Source: Malacoraja senta
Taxonomy: Eukaryota
Reading direction: 5' to 3'
Assembly (NCBI GenBank): GCA_038087875.1
Contig: CM075989.1
Span: 14,198,001 to 14,262,000, forward strand
Length of the DNA stretch: 64,000 bases
Shown: one piece after another, positions 62,299 to 64,000 of the stretch
Position numbering within the stretch: the stretch's first letter is position 1
How the letters are laid out: the number at the start of each line of letters is the position of its first letter
Notes under the pieces: model-generated
Databases searched by the model: none
The model's input: the letters and a program-made list of their open reading frames with translations, nothing else
What the model was told of the DNA's origin: nothing
Program-made: the position numbers and the translations under genes

Positions 62299-63397
62299 TG
62301 TTAAAGAAGGAACTGCAGATGCTGGAAAATCGAAGGTACACAAAAATGCTGGAGAAACTCAGCGGGTGCAGCAGCATCTATGGAGCGAAGGAAATAGGTA
62401 ACGTTTCGGGCCGAAACCCTTCTTCAGACTGATAGGGGGTGGGGAGAAGAAAGGAAAAAAGGAAAAGGCGGAGGAGGAGCCCGAGGGCTGGGGGAGGGGA
62501 GGAGACAACCAGATGGCTGATGAAGGGGAGGGGACAGCCAGGGCTAGAAGAATTGGGAGAATTCAACGTTCAGGCCACCAGGATGTAGACTGCCCAAGCG
62601 GAATATGAGGTGCATTTCCTCCAATTTACGGTGTTGCTCGCTGTGGCCATGGAGGAGACCCAGGACAGAGAGGTCAGATACGGAATGGGAGGGGGAGTTG
62701 AAGTGCTGAGCCACCGGGAGTTCAGGTTGGTTATTGCGGACCGACCGGAGGTGTTCGGCGAAACGATCGCCAAGCCTCCGCTTGGTCTCACCGATGTAGA
62801 TCAGCTGGCATCTAGAGCAGCGAATGCAATAGATGAGGTTGGAGGAGATGCAGGTGAACCTCTGTCGCACCTGGAACGACTGCTTGGGTCCTTGAGTGGA
62901 GGGGGGAAGTGAAGGGACAAGTGTTGCATCTCTTGCGGTTGCAAGGGAAAGTACCAGGGGAGGGGGTGGTATGGGAGGGAAGGGAAGAATTGACAAGGGA
63001 GTTACGGAGGGAGCGGTCTTTGCGGAAGGCAGACATAGGGGGAGATGGGAAGATGTGGCGAGTGGTGGGGTCACGTTGGAGGTGGCGAAACTGACGGAGG
63101 ATCACTTGTTGTATGTGACGGCTGGTGGGGTGAAAGGTGAGGACTAGGGGGACTCTGCCTTTGTTGTGAGTGGGGGGATGGGGAGAGAGAGCAGTGTTGC
63201 GGGGTATGGCAGAGACCCTGGTGCGAGCCTCATCTATGGTGGAGGAGGGGAACCCCCGTTCCCTGAAGAATGAGGACATTTCAGATGCCCTGGTGTGGAA
63301 CGCCTCATCCTGGGAGCAGATGCGGCGTAGACGGAGGAATTGGGAGTGGGGGATGGAGTCCTTACAGGAAGCAGGGTGGGAAGAAGTATAGTCCAGC
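62299..63397 (-). mobile_element. Penelope-like retroelement 3' part (RT thumb, Cys linker, GIY-YIG, terminus with hammerhead)
   Basis: SQFLRLRRICS, FFRERGFP, RVPLVLTFHP, GTFPCNRKRCNTC, NLIYCIRCSRCQLIYIGETKRRLGDRFAEH. One frameshift near 62900. 10-bp TSD tagattgcag at 62289-62298 and 63398-63407. Confidence 0.94.
62395..62430 (-). ncRNA. Minimal type I hammerhead ribozyme motif
   Basis: Reverse complement AGU CUGAAGA A GGGU-UUCG-GCCC GAAA CGUU ACCU shows conserved CUGANGA and GAAA boxes around helix II. Confidence 0.7.
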
Positions 63398-63454
63398 TAG
63401 ATTGCAGATCACCATCTCTTGTGTTATACCATTCTTCATTGTTTCCCAGGGTTT

Positions 63455-63845
63455 AGAAGGATGAGGGGGGGAATCTCATCCAAATAATGAAAGGCCTGGA
63501 TAGAGCGGATGTGGAGAAGATGTTTCCACTAGTGGGAGAGTCTAGGACCAGAGGTCATAGCCTCGGAATTAAAGGACGTTCCTTTAGGAAGGAGATGAGG
63601 AGGAATTTCTTTGGTCAGATGATGGTGAATCTGTGGAATTCATTGCCACAGAAGGCTGTGGAGGCCGTCAATGGATATTTGAAAGACAGAGATAGATAGA
63701 TTCTTGATTAGTACAGGTGTCAGGGGTAATGGAGCGAAGGAAGGAGAATGGGGTTTAAAAGGGAAAGATAAATCAGCCATGGTTGAAAGGTGGAGTAGAC
63801 GATGGGCTGAATGGCCTAATTCTGCTCCTATCACTTATGAACATG
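63455..63845 (+). mobile_element. CR1 3' fragment
   Basis: MKGLDRADVEKMFPLVGESRTRGHSLGIKGRSFRKEMRRNFF..VNLWNSLPQKAVEA plus 3' UTR. Confidence 0.9.
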
Positions 63846-64000
63846 ATTGTCAGCTAGTTACTGGTGCAAGCACAGTGCATGTTCCCTTTAAGTGGTACAG
63901 GTCTAGTTAGCTGACCGCCATCATTATAATTATGAGACATCACTCTGTTTGTATGTTTGAGCCAGTATCTTTCAGTAACCAGTTCCTGGAAGGATATGAG

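Overview
Eukaryotic genomic DNA from a jawed vertebrate. The repeat complement (CR1 LINEs with (TTTCTATG)n tails, tRNA-derived V-SINE-like elements, Penelope-like elements, Harbinger MITEs) points to a cartilaginous fish, probably a skate or ray (inference). The window holds the 5' part of UNC13C (Munc13-3) on the + strand: a giant first coding exon (ATG 2868 to donor at 5946) and three small downstream exons (38927-38949, 39285-39349, 61522-61600) whose splice phases join into one reading frame. The gene continues beyond the window. The introns are packed with mobile elements. The most notable observation is a coiled coil followed by LINE ORF1p-type motifs (LRF.NVPE / IE.AHR.G / PRPI.V.F / LKG..I.I) inside the giant exon, which suggests a retrotransposon ORF1 protein was captured into a presynaptic priming factor. 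Also notable: minimal hammerhead-ribozyme motifs in Penelope termini, an 87-bp-arm hairpin insertion with a 14-bp TSD, several Harbinger MITEs sharing one TIR core, a young 33-bp coding minisatellite, and a fossil hAT transposase interrupted by a nested element. Homology calls are from recognition, not from searches, and the boundaries of older repeats are approximate.
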